Positions 28,322-38,170 are shown, counted from the stretch's first letter. The stretch: DNA of 64,000 nucleotides from an uncultured Acidimicrobiaceae bacterium (GCA_963754755.1 CAVWHF010000004.1:781357-845356), one strand, 5' to 3'. Notes: generated from the sequence alone by a model not told the origin. A program made the numbers and translations.

Positions 28322-29125
28322 ATGACCGATCTATCCGGCCCCGGGAACTCAGTCCCCAGTCGACTCGGGGTGGCGGCACGATTCGATGACGGCAACCTGG
28401 TCCTCGAACTCAGGCCCCGGAAGGAGTCGCTGCACCACGGCATCGTCCGGGCCAGTGTCCTTTCGTTCGTCATCGACGTGGTGGCGGGGATCCCGTTGGA
28501 TCAGGACCCCGATGTCTGGACGCTGACCTCGGACATGTCGGTCCGTATGCGCCCGATCCCGGCACCGGAGCGAATCGACGCCACGAGCACCATCCTGCGC
28601 AGAGGCCGGCGATCGGCCACCTCCGTGGTCGAGCTGAGAACCGACGGAGGGGCGCCGATCGCCACCGGGGCCATCGGCTTCGCCAGCATTCCCCGCAAGG
28701 CCACCGATCCGCCCAAACCGAATGTACCGCTGGGGCAGACCCCCTTGATCTTCCGTGATCCCACCACGCTGGCCCGCCCGCTGCGCGAAGAGGCCGGTAT
28801 CGAGGTGATCGAGGCGTCGCAGGGCGTCGTGCAGGTCGGGATCACTCCAGATCTTCTCAATCCGGCCGGAACCCTACAGGGCGCGATGGTGGCGCTTGTG
28901 GCCGAAGCCGCGGCCGAAGATCTCCTGGCGGCACGTTTCCAATCGTCCTTCGTGGTGACCGACCTCGACCTCCGCTATCTCCGCAAGACGCAGGCAGGTC
29001 CTGTGCGCACACGGAGCCGGCTCCTGGGTTCCGGACCCGATGCTCCCGTCCAGGTCGAGCTCATCGACACCTCCACAGATGAGGTCACGACATTGGTCTA
29101 CGCCGCTGCCGTCGCTGTCCCGTGA
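28322..29125 (+). CDS. Double hot-dog PaaI/thioesterase-fold protein
   Basis: Starts at ATG 28322 within ORF 28154..29125. It contains two tandem hot-dog-like halves (…HHGIVRASVLSFVIDVVAG… and …NPAGTLQGAMVALVAEAAAE…). Confidence 0.65.
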   Translation: MTDLSGPGNSVPSRLGVAARFDDGNLVLELRPRKESLHHGIVRASVLSFVIDVVAGIPLDQDPDVWTLTSDMSVRMRPIPAPERIDATSTILRRGRRSATSVVELRTDGGAPIATGAIGFASIPRKATDPPKPNVPLGQTPLIFRDPTTLARPLREEAGIEVIEASQGVVQVGITPDLLNPAGTLQGAMVALVAEAAAEDLLAARFQSSFVVTDLDLRYLRKTQAGPVRTRSRLLGSGPDAPVQVELIDTSTDEVTTLVYAAAVAVP

Positions 29126-29240
29126 TTCCGATTTCGAGGTCGGCGGGCGGCAGGCCGGGCCGCGGGCCGGGTTGACCGCCCTCCGATGCCACTCCAGACT
29201 GTCGTAAACGACCAGACACCGGACGAACGGAGTTGGCGCC

Positions 29241-30083
29241 ATGTCAGATATTTCGAAGGTGGAAGCGGACCAGGTCCAGGCAGCCAATCAATCCGATCGC
29301 CACGTTGCCGTATTCGTCCACGGGCTCTGGCTGTTGCCCAGCAGCTGGGACCGTTGGCGGACCCGATTCGAGGAGGCCGGCTACGCGACGCTCGCCCCCG
29401 GCTGGCCCGACGACCCCAACACAGTCGACGAGGCGAACCGGCACCCCGAGGTGATGGCGCACAAGACCATCGGTCAGATTGCCGATCACTTCGAATACGT
29501 GATCAGCAAACTCGACGCCAAGCCGCACATCATCGGGCACTCCTTCGGGGGACTACTGACCCAGATTCTGGCTGGACGGGGTGTGTCGGCGGCGTCAGTC
29601 GCCATTGATCCGGCACCGTTCCGCGGAGTCCTCCCCCTCCCGATCTCCGCCCTCAAGTCGGCCGCTCCCGTAATCGGCAATCCAGCCAATCACGGTCGGG
29701 CCGTACCCCTCACCTATGACCAATTCAGATATGCGTTCGCCAATGCGGTGAGCGAGGAAGAGGCCAAAGAGCTCTACGCGACCTACGCCGTCCCCGGCTC
29801 GGGCGTTCCGCTCTTTCAAGCCGCCACGGCCAACCTCAATCCCTGGACCGAGGCGAAGGTGAACACGAAGAGCCCCGACCGGGGACCGCTCCTCATCATT
29901 GACGGGGAGAGGGACAATACGGTTCCCTGGGCGATCGCCAATGCATCGTTCAAGAAGCAGCGGCGGAATCCCGGAGTGACCGAGATCGTCAAGATCTCCA
30001 ACCGCGGACACTCGCTGACGATTGACCACGGCTGGGGTGAAGTCGCCGATACCGCCCTGGCATTCGTTCGACGCTTCGCCTAG
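29241..30083 (+). CDS. Alpha/beta hydrolase
   Basis: 280-aa ORF with the nucleophile elbow GHSFGG and the HG-type oxyanion region FVHGLW. Confidence 0.85.
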   Translation: MSDISKVEADQVQAANQSDRHVAVFVHGLWLLPSSWDRWRTRFEEAGYATLAPGWPDDPNTVDEANRHPEVMAHKTIGQIADHFEYVISKLDAKPHIIGHSFGGLLTQILAGRGVSAASVAIDPAPFRGVLPLPISALKSAAPVIGNPANHGRAVPLTYDQFRYAFANAVSEEEAKELYATYAVPGSGVPLFQAATANLNPWTEAKVNTKSPDRGPLLIIDGERDNTVPWAIANASFKKQRRNPGVTEIVKISNRGHSLTIDHGWGEVADTALAFVRRFA

Positions 30084-30164
30084 GAGTTTCGCTCGCCCAC
30101 CGAGACACCGAGACGCCGAGACGCCCTCACCCGAGCGGCGCCCGAGCGACAGCCGGGGTGCGGC

Positions 30165-31296
30165 TCAGAGCGACTCGTAGACGGCGGCGATGAGCGCCCG
30201 ATTTCTGGTGCTCTGCCAACGGGGTAGAACGTCGTTCATCACGTAGCCGAAGGCGATGCCGGACCGGGGATCGCCGAATCCGACAGCTCCACCGGTTCCG
30301 AAGTGGCCGAAGCTGCCCGGATTGGGTCCGAATGGCCTCCGCGCCGTCGTCGGGGTGAACCCGAGCCCGAAGGTGACGTCTTCGCCGAGTACCGGGCAGA
30401 AGCCGGACGATTGCGGTGCCGTGGCTTCGGCCAGCAGGTCGGCTGACAGCAGGCCGGGCGAGGCTGTCAATGCGTCGTACACGAGGGCAATCCCTCGAGC
30501 GGTACCGTGGCCGTTGGTCGAGGGCACCTCCGCGCTCCGCCAAATTCTCGGTGTTGACCACCCCGACGGACGAGTAGCCGGCCGGGTTGAAGTAGCTGAG
30601 CATGGTCATGAGCTCATCACCGGTCAGAGCACCGAAGTCGACCTCGACATCGGTCGAGCCGTTCCAGACGACATCGGCACATCTCGAATGCTGCTGCCGC
30701 GGAACGCCGAACCAGACGTCAGCCTCGAGCGGTCCGACCAGCGCCCGGAGCTGAGCGCCACAGGTCGTCCCGGTGACTCGCCGGACCGTCTCTCCGATCA
30801 GGTGGCCGTAGGTATTGGTGTGGTACGCATGGCGGGTACCCGGCTCCCACCACGGCTCTGACGCAGCCAGAGCACCGGCCATCCGATCCCACTCCCACAG
30901 ATCCGCATCGGTCAGGGGCTGGCGGATCGCCGGCACGCCGGCCCGGTGGCACAGGGCGTGGCGAAGCGTGACCGTGTCCTTGCCGGCAGCCGCGAACTCA
31001 GGCCAGACCGAATGGAGCGGATCGTCGAGATCGATGAACCCCTGCTCGACGAGACGAAGCGCCAGCAGGGCGACGAGAGCTTTGCCCACGGAGTAGAAAT
31101 TCACGAGCGTGTCGGGCTGCCATGGTCTCGAACGTCGATGGTCGAGCCAACCGCCAACCAGGTCGACAGCGGTACGGCCGTCGATAAGGACGCACACTCC
31201 TGCGCCAATCTCGCCCCGCTCCGAGAAGTTGCGTACGAACTCGTCCCGGACACGGAGAAACCGGACATCGCACGTACCGGCGATCGGTACATCCAC
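30165..31296 (-). pseudogene. Serine hydrolase of the beta-lactamase/esterase (class C-like) family, frame-disrupted as sequenced
   Basis: The SxxK motif (YSVGK) and N-terminal two-thirds are in ORF 30127..31407, with a GTG start at 31296. The C-terminal part WRSAEVPSTNGHGTARG...GHFGTGGAVGFGDP is in ORF 30165..30527. The shift is near 30550. Confidence 0.75.
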
Positions 31297-31427
31297 AGGC
31301 GCAGTATTCCACCTGCCGGGAGCGGAGGGCTCCGCGCGGGCCGGGTCAGATAGGAACGTCGGGCCCGGATCCGAGGCATGGACCGGCCGGCTGCCTGGTG
31401 GTCCCACGCCGACGTGGAACCGGCCCG

Positions 31428-31694
31428 CTACTCCTCGCCGGGGATCTCGATGACGACCCCGCCATCGATGATTGTGCCGTAGTCGGCGTTCACCGAGTTC
31501 ACGGCGTCCGGTGACGCCGCCAGTTGGCTCTCGGCGGAAATGGCGACGAGCGACGTGCAGTCACCGGAGACTGCTTGCACCTTGGTGGATTCGGGAATGC
31601 CCAGAGCCACACAGCGTGCACAGAAATCGATCAGGTCGCCGAGGGAGACCCCGGCGGCGTTCTCCACTGATCTCGAGGCGGCCCCCACGTTCAC
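31428..31694 (-). CDS. Hypothetical protein (start uncertain)
   Basis: This is the distal part of ORF 31428..32042 (VNVGAASRSVENAAGVSLGDLIDFCARCVALG...). An ATG at 31777 in another frame (MTTKDALGVHVITPGVV) could be the true start if one more indel is present. Confidence 0.35.
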   Translation of the reverse strand: MNVGAASRSVENAAGVSLGDLIDFCARCVALGIPESTKVQAVSGDCTSLVAISAESQLAASPDAVNSVNADYGTIIDGGVVIEIPGEE

Positions 31695-31875
31695 ATCATC
31701 GCACCCGGCGTCAAACGCCGGTAGATGACGACGCCCGGCGTGATGACGTGAACGCCGAGAGCGTCCTTTGTGGTCATCGGGAAGATCGTCCCCACCTTCT
31801 CGGGCATCGCCCGCACCCACCCAGGACCTTCGTCCAGGCCAGAGGTCCCGTCCACGAGGACTGAATCCCAAGTGA

Positions 31876-31953
31876 AGGCCGGATGCGCGATTGAGGCCGG
31901 ATGCGGGAGCGAGGGGGGCTACCCCCACCTGACGAATCCGGCTGGCCGGATTC
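31876..31953. promoter_or_regulatory. Repeated GGCCGGAT motif array upstream of the kinase/regulator/ABC module
   Basis: AGGCCGGATGCG occurs at 31876-31887 and again at 31894-31905 (period 18). A 20-bp near-palindrome GAATCCGGCT/GGCCGGATTC lies at 31934-31953. Confidence 0.4.
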
Positions 31954-32077
31954 CCGTAACCTCCGATTCTCTCTATGGTTGGCGTGTGAAGATAGACGAG
32001 CCGCGCCACCCGGAGAGGTGCGACACCACCGGACACCGCCATACCCCCGACAGCACGGATTCTGGCGTCAGGACCAC

Positions 32078-33421
32078 ATGCTGATCACCTGGGGATCGGA
32101 ACCCAACTCCCGGCTGGAAGAGATCGCCCGAACAGTCGTCGAGACTCCGTTCACCCGACGCACGTGGTCCGAGCTGCTCTTTCTGACCGTGGGTATGCCC
32201 ATCGCGTTCATCGGAATCGCGTTCGTGGGTGTCACCATGGCGGCCGGCATAGTGCTGGCCGTCACCTTCATCGGGATCGCCCTCATCGGAGTGGCGGTGC
32301 GAGGGGCCCGGGGCATCGGTGGGATGCAGCGACGGCTGGCCGGTGCCCTGCTCGACGAGACCATTGCCGAGCCGGAGCCGTTCGCGCCCCGACCCGGATA
32401 TCTGGGGTGGTTGCAGTCTGCCCTCCGGGACCGGACAGGCTGGAAGGCGATGGCCTACCTGGCCATCAAGGTGCCACTGACCTTCGTGGCCCTCTTCACC
32501 GCCTTCAGTCTCTGGTGGGACGCGTTCCGGTGCCTCACCTATCCCCTGTGGGGGATATCGAACCACGGCGGGGTGGCGGATTGGGGATTCGCCCGGCTCA
32601 TCTTCCATCCCGCCTATCTCACCTCGGGTAACGGCGGCCCCTTCGTGGCCCTCGCCACCGTGATCACCGGGGCCATCTTCTTCTTCATCGCCCCGTGGCC
32701 TGTCCGGTTCTTCGACTACCTCGACCGTCTGCTCATGCGCTCACTGCTGGCTCCCGATGCCATGACCGTCAGGGTCCGGAACCTCGAATACGCCCGGGCC
32801 CAGACCGTCGACGCTTCCGCCGCCACCCTGCGGAGAATCGAGCGGGATCTCCATGACGGAACCCAGGCCCAGCTGGTGGCGCTGGCGATGCGCCTGGGGA
32901 TGGCCAAGGAGAAGCTCGCCGACCCGGACACTCTCGATATCGACCAGGTGAGGCAGCTCGTCAACGATGCCCACAGAGGAGCCAAGGAGGCGATCGTCGA
33001 GTTGCGGGACCTGGCCCGGGGCATCCACCCACCGGCCCTCGACGTGGGGCTGGAGGGTGCTCTGGCCACGCTGGCAGCGCGGAGCACGATACCGACCGAG
33101 CTCTCCGTCACCATTGACGAGCGCCCCAGCCCGGCCATCGAGGCCATCGCCTATTTCTGCGTAGCCGAGCTCATGGCCAACGTCGCTCAGCACGCCTTCG
33201 CCTCCCGGGCCAGCGTCTCCTGTAGCCAACAGGGCCGTTGGCTCCGCCTGGTGGTTCGAGACGATGGCGTCGGAGGGGCCCAGGCGGTCAGCACCGGTTC
33301 CACCTCGAGTGGGTTGAGCGGGCTGGCCGACCGGGTTCGGACCGTGGACGGAAGCCTCGAGGTCACAAGCCCCCCACGGGGGCCCACGGTCGTGACCGTC
33401 GATCTCCCCCTTCGGGCCTAG
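32078..33421 (+). CDS. Membrane sensor histidine kinase (HisKA_3 / HATPase_c)
   Basis: Starts at ATG 32078 within ORF 31901..33421. It has a multi-TM sensor region, an H-box (RRIERDLHDGTQAQLVAL) and an ATPase part (ELMANVAQHA, GLSGLADRV). Confidence 0.88.
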   Translation: MLITWGSEPNSRLEEIARTVVETPFTRRTWSELLFLTVGMPIAFIGIAFVGVTMAAGIVLAVTFIGIALIGVAVRGARGIGGMQRRLAGALLDETIAEPEPFAPRPGYLGWLQSALRDRTGWKAMAYLAIKVPLTFVALFTAFSLWWDAFRCLTYPLWGISNHGGVADWGFARLIFHPAYLTSGNGGPFVALATVITGAIFFFIAPWPVRFFDYLDRLLMRSLLAPDAMTVRVRNLEYARAQTVDASAATLRRIERDLHDGTQAQLVALAMRLGMAKEKLADPDTLDIDQVRQLVNDAHRGAKEAIVELRDLARGIHPPALDVGLEGALATLAARSTIPTELSVTIDERPSPAIEAIAYFCVAELMANVAQHAFASRASVSCSQQGRWLRLVVRDDGVGGAQAVSTGSTSSGLSGLADRVRTVDGSLEVTSPPRGPTVVTVDLPLRA

Positions 33422-33427
33422 CCGGCG

Positions 33428-34078
33428 GTGCCGCTCCGAGTCGCCATCGCCGAGGACTCGGTCATCCTCCGGGATGGACTGGTCCAGTTGCTGCTCGACC
33501 GCGGATTCGAGGTCACCGCCGCGGTCGCCGACGCCGGGGCGCTGCGGGCCGCGATCGAACGGGAGCGGCCGGACGTGGCGGTGGTCGACATCCGGATGCC
33601 GCCGTCGTTCACGGACGAAGGGCTCCGGGTGGCGATCGAGCTCCGTCTCCGCCACCCGGGACTAGCCATACTCATGTTCTCGCAGTACATCGAGACCCGG
33701 TACGCGGAGGAGCTGCTGGGCAACGATGCTGCGGGTATCGGCTATCTCCTCAAGGACCGCGTGGCCGACGTGAGCCAGTTCGTCGAGGCTCTGGAGCGGG
33801 TGGCGTCGGGAGGAACGGCCCTGGATCCCGAGGTCGTCACCCAGCTGATGGGGGCCTCACGGCGCCGTGACTCGATCACCGTGCTGACCACCCGGGAGAG
33901 GGACGTCCTCTCCCTCATGGCGGAGGGACGGACCAACACCGCGATCGCCGCCTCGCTCTCAGTGTCCGAAGGAGCGGTCGAGAAGCACGTGACCAACATC
34001 TTCTCCAAGTTGGACCTTCCCGTCTCCCAGTCCGACCACCGACGTGTCCTGGCCGTACTCCGCTACCTCGACACCTGA
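33428..34078 (+). CDS. LuxR/NarL-family response regulator
   Basis: 216-aa ORF. The REC domain reads RVAIAEDSVILRDGL, DVAVVDIRMPP. The HTH reads RERDVLSLMAEGRTNTAIAASLSVSEGAVEKHVTNIFSKL. Confidence 0.9.
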   Translation: MPLRVAIAEDSVILRDGLVQLLLDRGFEVTAAVADAGALRAAIERERPDVAVVDIRMPPSFTDEGLRVAIELRLRHPGLAILMFSQYIETRYAEELLGNDAAGIGYLLKDRVADVSQFVEALERVASGGTALDPEVVTQLMGASRRRDSITVLTTRERDVLSLMAEGRTNTAIAASLSVSEGAVEKHVTNIFSKLDLPVSQSDHRRVLAVLRYLDT

Positions 34079-34249
34079 CCTCCGGTCTCACGTTCGCCTG
34101 AGGGAGTGGTCGGGGCCCTCACCGTTGCCATCGGACCGCCATGCGTCCCCGATCGGGGGGTTTCCCCCCCTCGAATCACCCGCTAGCCGCATTCCATCTG
34201 CGGTTCAGCCGTCCTACCCTGGAACCATGCTCACGACCGGAAGTGCCTT

Positions 34250-35227
34250 ATGAGCCTCACCATGTCCACCGCGAAAGAAGGCCGCCGCGACTCAGAAGGC
34301 CAGTGGGCCGTGGAGACGCACGGCCTCACCAAGCGGTTCGGCGAAAACGTAGCGGTCAACGGGGTCGAACTCCTGGTACCACGTGGCTGCGCATTCGGCT
34401 ACCTGGGGCCCAACGGCGCCGGGAAGACCACCCTCATCCGGGTCCTGCTCGGCCTGACCCACGCCGACGCCGGCACCATGCGACTGCTCGGCCACACCGT
34501 CCCCCGGCATCGTGCGGCCGCCCTGGCCCGGGTGGGAGCGATCGTCGACGAACCCCGGTTCCACGGGCACCTGACCGGGAGGCAGAACCTCCAGATCCTG
34601 GCGGCGGCCCGGGAGCCGGAAGCCAAGCAGCGGATCGGGCCCTCGCTCGAGCGCGTCGGGTTGCTGCACAGGGCTGACGACAAGGTCTCGAAGTACTCAA
34701 TGGGAATGCGGCAACGTCTCGGCGTGGCGGCCTGTCTGATCGGGGATCCGCAGCTCCTGATCCTGGACGAACCGATGAACGGCCTGGACCCGGCCGGCAT
34801 GCAGGACATGCGCGACATGATCCTCTCCCTGGTGGCCGAGGGCCGCACGGTCGTGCTCTCGTCCCACCTGCTGGACGAGGTCGAGCGGACCTGTGATGCG
34901 GTGGCCATCGTGGACCGGGGTAAGGTCATCCGCCAGGGAGCGATCACCGATCTGCTGGCCGGATCCTCGTTCGTGGTCGAAGTCGAATGCGCGGAGCCGG
35001 ACCGGGCCGGTGACCTGCTGAAGGGCACGGCCGTCGGCGGAGGCGTCGAGATCGGGCCTCTGGGGCTGAGAGTCACCCTGCCGGCGGGAACGGAGCGCGA
35101 TGTCATCGCCGAAATCAACCGCGTGCTGGTGGGAGGCGGAGTCTCGGTGTACCGACTCCAGGAGGTGCAGACCTCGCTCGAGTCGTGGTTCCTACAGGTC
35201 ACCAGCCGATTGGGGGCGTCCGAATGA
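34250..35227 (+). CDS. ABC transporter ATP-binding protein
   Basis: Walker A is GPNGAGKTT, the signature is YSMGMRQRL, and Walker B is LLILDEP. Confidence 0.92.
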   Translation: MSLTMSTAKEGRRDSEGQWAVETHGLTKRFGENVAVNGVELLVPRGCAFGYLGPNGAGKTTLIRVLLGLTHADAGTMRLLGHTVPRHRAAALARVGAIVDEPRFHGHLTGRQNLQILAAAREPEAKQRIGPSLERVGLLHRADDKVSKYSMGMRQRLGVAACLIGDPQLLILDEPMNGLDPAGMQDMRDMILSLVAEGRTVVLSSHLLDEVERTCDAVAIVDRGKVIRQGAITDLLAGSSFVVEVECAEPDRAGDLLKGTAVGGGVEIGPLGLRVTLPAGTERDVIAEINRVLVGGGVSVYRLQEVQTSLESWFLQVTSRLGASE

Positions 35228-36432
35228 CCGCTACTCCTGATGTGATCGCCCCGGTGCCGACCCCGACCCCGATCCCGCTCGGTCGCTCCGGCGACCGCCG
35301 GGGCTCGTGGATCCCGACCGGCGGGATGATCGCCACCCGCATGATGGAGTTGCGGAGGCGACGGGGCCTCATGGTGGCCCTGATCTTCGTCACCATCGTC
35401 CTCCCCGCCGTCTTCCTCATCATCCGCCTCCTGGCCCACGCCTTTGCCCCGCATTCCTACGGGCCAGCCGGCGGGAAGGACATCTTCAACGCCCTCGTAG
35501 CCGGCGTGCTCTACGTCTTCGGCTTCATCGTGGCCGCCACCCTGGGTTGCACGGCCGGTTGTATCGACCTCACCGAGGGGATGTTCCGCCATCTGGTGGT
35601 CACAGGCCGCTCGCGATGGGCGCTCTACCTGGCGCGGATACCGGCCGGCCTGGCCATCGTGGTGCCGCTGGTGGCTATCGGGTTCACCATCGTCTGCGCG
35701 GTGTGCGTGTTCGCCGCACCCACCCAGATCAGCTATCAGGGCACCAACGTGCCTGCCGGCCTCTCGGAGGCCGGTTTCCAGCACTGGGCCGGGGACCATG
35801 CCAACGAGGTGGTGTGCAACTTCCCGTACCGAGTAGCCGGGCCCACCAACCCCGGCAATGTCGGCAATGTCCTCAACGCCGTCTCGTGCGGCGGTCCGGG
35901 GGGTGGGCCCGGTATCGTCAAAACAGGTCCGTCCGGATCCGGTGTGACCACCGCGCCGACGCCGGCGATGATCAGGGCCGCGGCAGTTCAGATCGCCACC
36001 CAGGACTATTCGGGCTACGCCTCCATCTTCCTCTCCCCTCCGGTCGGGCTCATGGTCCGTACCGGCCTCTGGATCGAGCTCGAGGTGGTAGTCGGCTTCA
36101 TCGTCGGACTCGGTCTCGGGTCTCTGCTGGGGCAGCGGACCGTTGCCGTCATCCTGATGATCGTGCTGGAGATCGTCCTCACCCCGATCCTGTCGCGGGC
36201 CGCCATTCCCCACATGATCAATCTCCAGCGTTCGGTGGTAGGTCTGGCCGTGGCCCATCTGGAACCGTCAGGCCTCGGATTCGTGTTCGGAGGGGGTGGG
36301 GGACCCGACGGTGGTCGAGGCACCTCCCTTTTGGTGCCGGAGTCGAGGACGACGGCCGTCTTCGTCATCATCGCCTGGCTGGTCGGGTGGACGGCCCTCG
36401 GCGCTTGGAGAATGGTGAAGCGGGACGCCTGA
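35224..36432 (+). CDS. ABC-2-type transporter permease
   Basis: The ATGA start/stop overlap is at 35224-35227. It is a multi-TM protein with a large extracytoplasmic loop. Confidence 0.75.
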   Translation: MTATPDVIAPVPTPTPIPLGRSGDRRGSWIPTGGMIATRMMELRRRRGLMVALIFVTIVLPAVFLIIRLLAHAFAPHSYGPAGGKDIFNALVAGVLYVFGFIVAATLGCTAGCIDLTEGMFRHLVVTGRSRWALYLARIPAGLAIVVPLVAIGFTIVCAVCVFAAPTQISYQGTNVPAGLSEAGFQHWAGDHANEVVCNFPYRVAGPTNPGNVGNVLNAVSCGGPGGGPGIVKTGPSGSGVTTAPTPAMIRAAAVQIATQDYSGYASIFLSPPVGLMVRTGLWIELEVVVGFIVGLGLGSLLGQRTVAVILMIVLEIVLTPILSRAAIPHMINLQRSVVGLAVAHLEPSGLGFVFGGGGGPDGGRGTSLLVPESRTTAVFVIIAWLVGWTALGAWRMVKRDA

Positions 36433-36598
36433 ACCTGACCCCGGCGCGGCCACGTTGCCAGCGGTTCGACAGCGAGAATCGCCCGTATCGTCGGAGGCGG
36501 CAGGAGCCGGGCCGCGCCGCCTGGCCGTGACCGGTCGGGACCACCGCCATTGGTGCTGATCACTGACTCGCTATCGGTGCATCGGCCCTGCGCACGCG

Positions 36599-36638
36599 AA
36601 AGCGCCCGTCCCACGAGTTGACGGGGATCGGGCGCTTT
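36599..36638. terminator. Strong hairpin, candidate bidirectional intrinsic terminator
   Basis: The perfect 10-bp arms are AAAGCGCCCG (36599-36608) and CGGGCGCTTT (36629-36638), with further pairing inside. TTTACTTCATTT follows on the + strand and TTTCGCG follows on the - strand. Confidence 0.55.
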
Positions 36639-36927
36639 ACTTCATTTGTACTCCGAGAACGGACCGCCTCGGGATCTGGCATCCAGAAGGGCTTCCTTGT
36701 CCTTTTCGCTACAACGCTCCCATTTCGAGCCGCTTGCCTTCGATCTACCTGGGCCTTACTGGTCCCGCACCATCCAATCTCAGGATGAGCCACCTTGCAT
36801 GCTTCGCAAAAGCGCCTCCTTTCAGAATCCTCCCGGATCCCTCACCGCCATTATGTACCCGAGAGTTCGGATTGAAAAGGGTCGGATGCCTCTCGCTCGG
36901 CCGGCGCCCGGTTTATACGATGGTGCG

Positions 36928-37263
36928 ATGCCCCACGACGAGAAGCTGGCCGAGCGCCTCCGCGTGCTGTTGGACGGTGAACCTCAGCTCACGGAGAAGA
37001 AGATGTTCGGTGGCATAGCCTTTCTGATCGGAGGCAACATGGCCATCTCCGCCAGTGGCCAAGGCGGGTTACTCGTCCGCGTCGATCCGAGCGAATCCGA
37101 CCGGTTGGTCGCCACGACGAACGCCGAGGTAGCGGTGATGCGGGGGCGCCCGATGGACGGTTGGCTCCGCGTGACCGCCGACGATGTGCGGACCAGACGC
37201 CGGCTGGCTACATGGACGGCCCTGGGCACGGCCTACGCCCGCTCGCTTCCGTCCAAGCAGTGA
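36928..37263 (+). CDS. TfoX/Sxy N-terminal-domain protein
   Basis: Starts at ATG 36928 within ORF 36646..37263. The TfoX_N pattern is present: LAERLRVLL...EKKMFGGIAFLIGGNMAISASG..LLVRVDP. Confidence 0.75.
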   Translation: MPHDEKLAERLRVLLDGEPQLTEKKMFGGIAFLIGGNMAISASGQGGLLVRVDPSESDRLVATTNAEVAVMRGRPMDGWLRVTADDVRTRRRLATWTALGTAYARSLPSKQ

Positions 37264-37310
37264 TGTCCACCGGCGGCGCAGGAGCCATGCGGTGAGCGGT
37301 ACCGGGGCGG

Positions 37311-38063
37311 GTGGCACGGATCGTGGCTACCCTCGGGGTGATGGTCGGAGATCCTCTCTGGGAGCAGCATGCGGCCTGGTGGCAGGAGGGATTCACCGAC
37401 GGAGCCGACCCGGAGTACGAACAGCAGATCCTTCCACTGATTGAGCAGTTTGTGCACGGGGCCCGGCGGGTCCTGGATGTGGGATGCGGTGAGGGACAGG
37501 TCAGCCGTCGCATCGCCAATCTGGGCGCCGAGGTAGTCGGCCTGGATCCGACGGCGGCACAGATCCGTACCGCTCATGGGCGCGGTGGCCGGGCTGGCTA
37601 CATGAGGGCGCGGTCCGAGCGGATCCCCTGTACGGACGCCAGCTTCGACGCCGTGGTCCTGTGCCTGGCACTCGAGCACGTCGATCCGTTCGAGCCCGCC
37701 GTCGATGAGGTCGCCCGGGTACTTGCTCCGGGCGGCCTGTTCCTCCTGGTGATGGTGCATCCGCTCCTCCAGTCGCCCGGGAGCGGATGGGTCGAGGACC
37801 TGAACTCGGACGATCGCTTCTGGCGTATCGGCACCTATCTGCAGGATGACATCGCTGTCGACGAGATCGCACCCGGGGTTCATCTGCAGTTCGCCCACCG
37901 ACCCCTCAACCGGTATGTGCACGCCATGGGCCAAGCCGGACTGTTCATCGAGGACATGGTGGAGCCCATCCCGCCCCCGGCCATTCTGGTCGAAACAGGC
38001 AACTTCCCCAACGCCTTTGCCATCCCGCGGTTGATGCTGCTGTGCGCTCGTCGCATCAGCTAG
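37311..38063 (+). CDS. Class I SAM-dependent methyltransferase
   Basis: Motif I reads VLDVGCGEGQVSRRI. Motif II-like regions are also present. An alternative ATG exists at 37341. Confidence 0.85.
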   Translation: MARIVATLGVMVGDPLWEQHAAWWQEGFTDGADPEYEQQILPLIEQFVHGARRVLDVGCGEGQVSRRIANLGAEVVGLDPTAAQIRTAHGRGGRAGYMRARSERIPCTDASFDAVVLCLALEHVDPFEPAVDEVARVLAPGGLFLLVMVHPLLQSPGSGWVEDLNSDDRFWRIGTYLQDDIAVDEIAPGVHLQFAHRPLNRYVHAMGQAGLFIEDMVEPIPPPAILVETGNFPNAFAIPRLMLLCARRIS

Positions 38064-38170
38064 TGCGAGACCGTGCCTGGGCCAAGGTCGCCAGGGGAGG
38101 GCGACACCACTGCCGGTGAGGAACGTTCGGGGGCCATACGAAACGGTCAACTGCTGGCGCTCCCGCCTCC

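Noticed and set aside
34155-34170. G6-TTT-C7 hairpin after the LuxR regulator, as a terminator or attenuator
   Set aside because: The stem is only 6 bp and there is no U-tract. It lies in the 171-bp gap before the ABC genes that are probably co-regulated. It is noted mainly as another homopolymer pair prone to length error.
34399-36258. 619-aa minus-strand ORF
   Set aside because: It is antisense to the ABC ATPase and permease genes, which have unambiguous motifs. Its composition is extreme in Gly/Arg/Asp/His.
36560-36793. 77-aa minus-strand ORF in the lower-GC gap
   Set aside because: It reads straight through both arms of the 36599-36638 hairpin. It has poor third-position GC and a basic, low-complexity product. 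It is treated as non-coding.
36433-36927. Possible tmRNA, RNase P RNA, SRP RNA or riboswitch
   Set aside because: I looked on both strands for hallmark strings: tRNA-like GGTTCGA..CCA ends and an Ala-tag reading frame for tmRNA, GAGGAAAGTCC for RNase P, and GGAAGCAGCC for SRP. None was found. On the minus strand there is no downstream gene for a riboswitch to control. It is kept only as an unclassified sRNA candidate.
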